Assembly: GCF_964355755.1 (NCBI RefSeq)
Contig: NC_092674.1
Location: forward strand, 13,454,001-13,518,000
Direction: 5' to 3'
Origin: Antedon mediterranea
Taxonomy: Eukaryota > Animalia > Echinodermata
DNA length: 64,000 bases
A program made the translations under genes and the position numbers. Numbering within the stretch: position 1 is the first letter of the stretch; the number at the start of each line of letters is the position of its first letter. The notes under the pieces are model-generated. The model saw only the letters and a program-made list of their open reading frames with translations, was not told the DNA's origin and searched no databases. Of this stretch, positions 1-64,000 are shown one piece after another.

Positions 1-270
1 AAGTACTTGTATTACTTTGGTCTATTAAAACATAGTTGTATCTTGCACTTCTAATAACATTATTTCAATAGGTCTTCTATATTGTCCTTTATTAACTATG
101 TATCTCCTATTGTTCATACAAATTGTTTATTTGTTGAACTGAGTTACCATATAGCTGCAGTTTATACGGTCTACTGTAGGTTTTGAATAGACACTTTAGA
201 CTGTTTCTAGAAATTCTACAATATCCATTCTCAACTTCCATCAAGGCTTTTACAACTTCCTCTCGTTGGT

Positions 271-60832
<60,562 letters not shown>

Positions 60833-62059
60833 CTGAAATATTACAAACATTATGTTATAGTATTTTTCATTCAAAACAAAGTATTATGATATTGTCCTGA
60901 AATCAATGCAATGTGATCAATTAAAAATAACGTTCTGGATTTAAATAATGCTACATTGTTAAATTAAATAAAGATTATTAACCTCTCATGTTTTCTTTAA
61001 GATAATGTATTATATACGTATACATCTGTCTTGCTTGTATAACTTTTATAGTACTTTATAAATGTAAAACAAGTGTTTCTTTGCCTGAAATGTAAACACT
61101 TTATCCGGTAGTGCTAACTAGTCTCAGTGTAAATGTGTTGACGAGAGGACGTTCTGCCGATAGGGGGCCAAAATCACGTATTATGGCTATGCACAATATT
61201 TTTTGGCGTTCCAGATAATTGTATTTTATTGTTTATGTGGTTTGGCATTATTTATGATTTTTTGACAAATTTTAAAAGCTTATATGCTTGAAAATAGTGT
61301 AGTTTTCTCATCTTTTAAATCAAATATCAACTGTATACGTGAAGCATAATTAACAATACATTTCAGTTCCAACATATCCTTACATACATAAACTGCAATA
61401 TCAAACTCGGTTCTTAATTGATATGACAATCCTTATTGCAACTTAAAAGAAGCTATACTGGTATTGGGTGTAGTAGTAGAATCTGACAAACGGCATCCTT
61501 CAATAACTGCTGTAAAATCAAGAGGGGCTAAACTTGAACCAGGACACTGGGGTAACCCCATATTCATCACGAAAGATGCCCTGGATAATTTATCATCTTG
61601 TTTTAAATAAGATGTAATTAGAATTCTATGGAGCTCAACAGCATTCTAGATATTCTAGATAAATGTCATTCATACTCACTGGGAGTAGGCTGGTTTATTA
61701 AGCATAAACCAGATATCCTTTAACTTGCACCAGCTTAAACTTATTATCGTTTGACCAAAATGATCAGCATTAACCTTAAAAATGGGAGCCAATAATCAAA
61801 TTTCTAACGTATTACCTTGTCAACTAACTGATGAAGCAAGAATAAATTATCTAAGTAAAATTTACAAACACCCTGTTAACCTGTTTCAGGTTAAAACATT
61901 TTTCATTTGTTTATTTATAGTCACAAAATGTAATAATATCATTGTGTTTTGGTCTGGTTGTACAATGTTTATTAAATGGAGGAGGTCTACCTGGTTTTCT
62001 CTCGCTGCGATGTATTTTTATTAGGTGGGTCAAATTCGATAGAAAAGAAACTTTTTATA

Positions 62060-62864
62060 GGTAGGTAAATATATGGGCCCTTTGAGAATAAACTTGCAAT
62101 ACTTTGACAATACTGTAAATACCTATTAACTATTTTTCATTTGAATCGAACATTTCTTACTGTGAATGTTCGTACTGTTAGATGTAATATAAAAATATAT
62201 ACAAATAAACTTTATTACTGAGACTGTGGATAGGCTCTACTGTTAGATATACAAATAAACTTTATACTGACAGTTCCTTCTCAACGTTTGTATTAATTAA
62301 TAATTACCAAAAATATAAACGTCGTAGTGGTGTATCGTGACATGTACTTTAATATTTCAATCGATTATGACAGTGACAGTTTTAACAAAAGTATTAAATC
62401 GCAAATGTTTTAGGCCTACTGTATTTAGAGGTATATTATTTATAGGCCTATAAAACATGAACAAAATATTTCGTTACTCAGTGGATAAAGAATATATTTA
62501 AAAATTGTTCCTCTTTGTACCTATCCGCTTTCCCATCCCTCAACCCTAATGTTACATAGCGAGGAGGCTTCGCATTTTCCTATCTCCTCCTACGATAATT
62601 GTTTTTAATAGCTGAAAACCGGTTGAACAGCTAGAGTACACCATCATAATGTTGAAGACAGGCCGATTTTCTTTAAAAAATACTATTTTGATAGATTTAA
62701 TATACGATTATACAAATGTATTGATTTGCGATGAATGGAACATCCCAATCTCTCAGTCTGCCAGAGTTTGGTTTAACACAAGTACTGTAGGTAAATTTAT
62801 GAGCCCTTGGTTTAACACATACGGTAGGTAAATATATGGGCCCTTTGAGAATAAACTTGCAATA
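62060..62864 (+). mobile_element. Helitron H2 internal fragment in permuted order
   Basis: Matches the reverse complement of about 47004-47749, but with the two halves swapped. Confidence 0.75.
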
Positions 62865-63950
62865 GGTTCGGAAAATGTTAAAAACCAATTTCTATTATTT
62901 GAATCGGTAAACAGTTTCCATTTATTATACATTGATAATGAAACATGAAATATTCCTATTTATGTCCCTCGAGGTTCATTACAATTTATATTTAGTAGTC
63001 CCACGGACTTCATCTTAGCCACTCCCCCGAGTGCAAAGGCCAAATTTATGATACCCTACTTTCTATGTAAGTTTAGTTACAGTTAGTTCTTGACGATAAT
63101 ACAACGAATTTAGGTTACACCCTTCGGCCGCGAAAACGTTTCTGTACAAATATGATACCGATTGGCTTTATTTCATTCAACAGCGACCATAATCTCGCCA
63201 ATTACAGGATAGATAAACTATTTTATTATTGATGTGCTTATAAATTAAGACTCATGTAAACAGCTTGATTACATCATTTTACAGACAAACGAAACTTTTT
63301 TAAACCTACTGTTTCAATAACTGAGTATAATACTGTATACGTTTTCATAAGTAAGTGCATATACATTTTCGTGTTTTCATTGACGAGATTGTAATAGTAA
63401 CTTCAGTAACTATTACAGTACTTATTTATTATACGACACAAGACAATTGTATCTCATAGGTACGTACATTATTCTAAAAAATAAGTCTAGATAGATCCCT
63501 TAGGCGTCATAAATCACAGGCCAACAAATCAGTACTCATGACAGAAATTCGACCCAGTTTGGTTCACACAAATGTTTACAGGAATTTCAACACCACAACC
63601 GATGATTTGCCCTAAATATTTAGGTAGACTACAGTTTAATTTTTCACTGAATAGGAGCTTGAATTTCCGATTTCCATTTCGCAGAATGTCTAGGTCTATT
63701 TATTTAGTTTGGTTCTTATAATATATAAATACAATCAACTTTATTACTGCGGTTCCATCACCACCACCACGTGCCGCCCAATTCCCGTACATACATTTCC
63801 ATTTCTCCCGAATTTCTTTAATCCACATGAATTAATTGTCCTTTATGGAATCCAGTATTGGTTTTGTTGTCTCTATTTCTGAATACCCCAATTAGGGGGA
63901 CACTTCCGTTTTTGTTTAGTGTCCCAAAAAAGTCCCCGTCCGTGGATTCT

Positions 63951-64000
63951 ACTGTATTCGAGAACCATCTGTGAGCACCCCTAGATGGTACGCGAGCGAA
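63951..64000 (+). mobile_element. Helitron H2 3' end fragment, running off the window
   Basis: GTATTCGAGAACCATCTGTG...CTAGATGGTACGCGAGCGAA, as at 38618-38667. Confidence 0.7.

Overview
AT-rich metazoan genomic DNA (invertebrate; an echinoderm-like origin is only an impression). The window is spanned by one minus-strand, intron-rich gene. I could hand-splice 24 exons (60832 down to 271, all GT-AG, phase-consistent, 4101 nt, about 1366 aa, 5' end probably outside the window). It encodes a ROCO-family protein: ankyrin repeats (one per exon), death domain, Roc GTPase, COR-like region, linker, then three more death domains. The compact Roc-COR-DD part lies in the first 15 kb. The ankyrin exons are scattered over 45 kb of transposon-packed introns. 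Those introns hold two young full-length LTR retrotransposons (a Gypsy with PNMA-like Gag and 1256-bp LTRs; a Gmr1-type with integrase before RT), a decayed pogo-like transposon, two non-autonomous Helitron families, Helentron-type (HINE-like) elements, LINE fragments, MITEs (one carrying a HIRAN-like ORF) and two P-like excision footprints. All calls come from reading the sequence by eye; no database searches were run.
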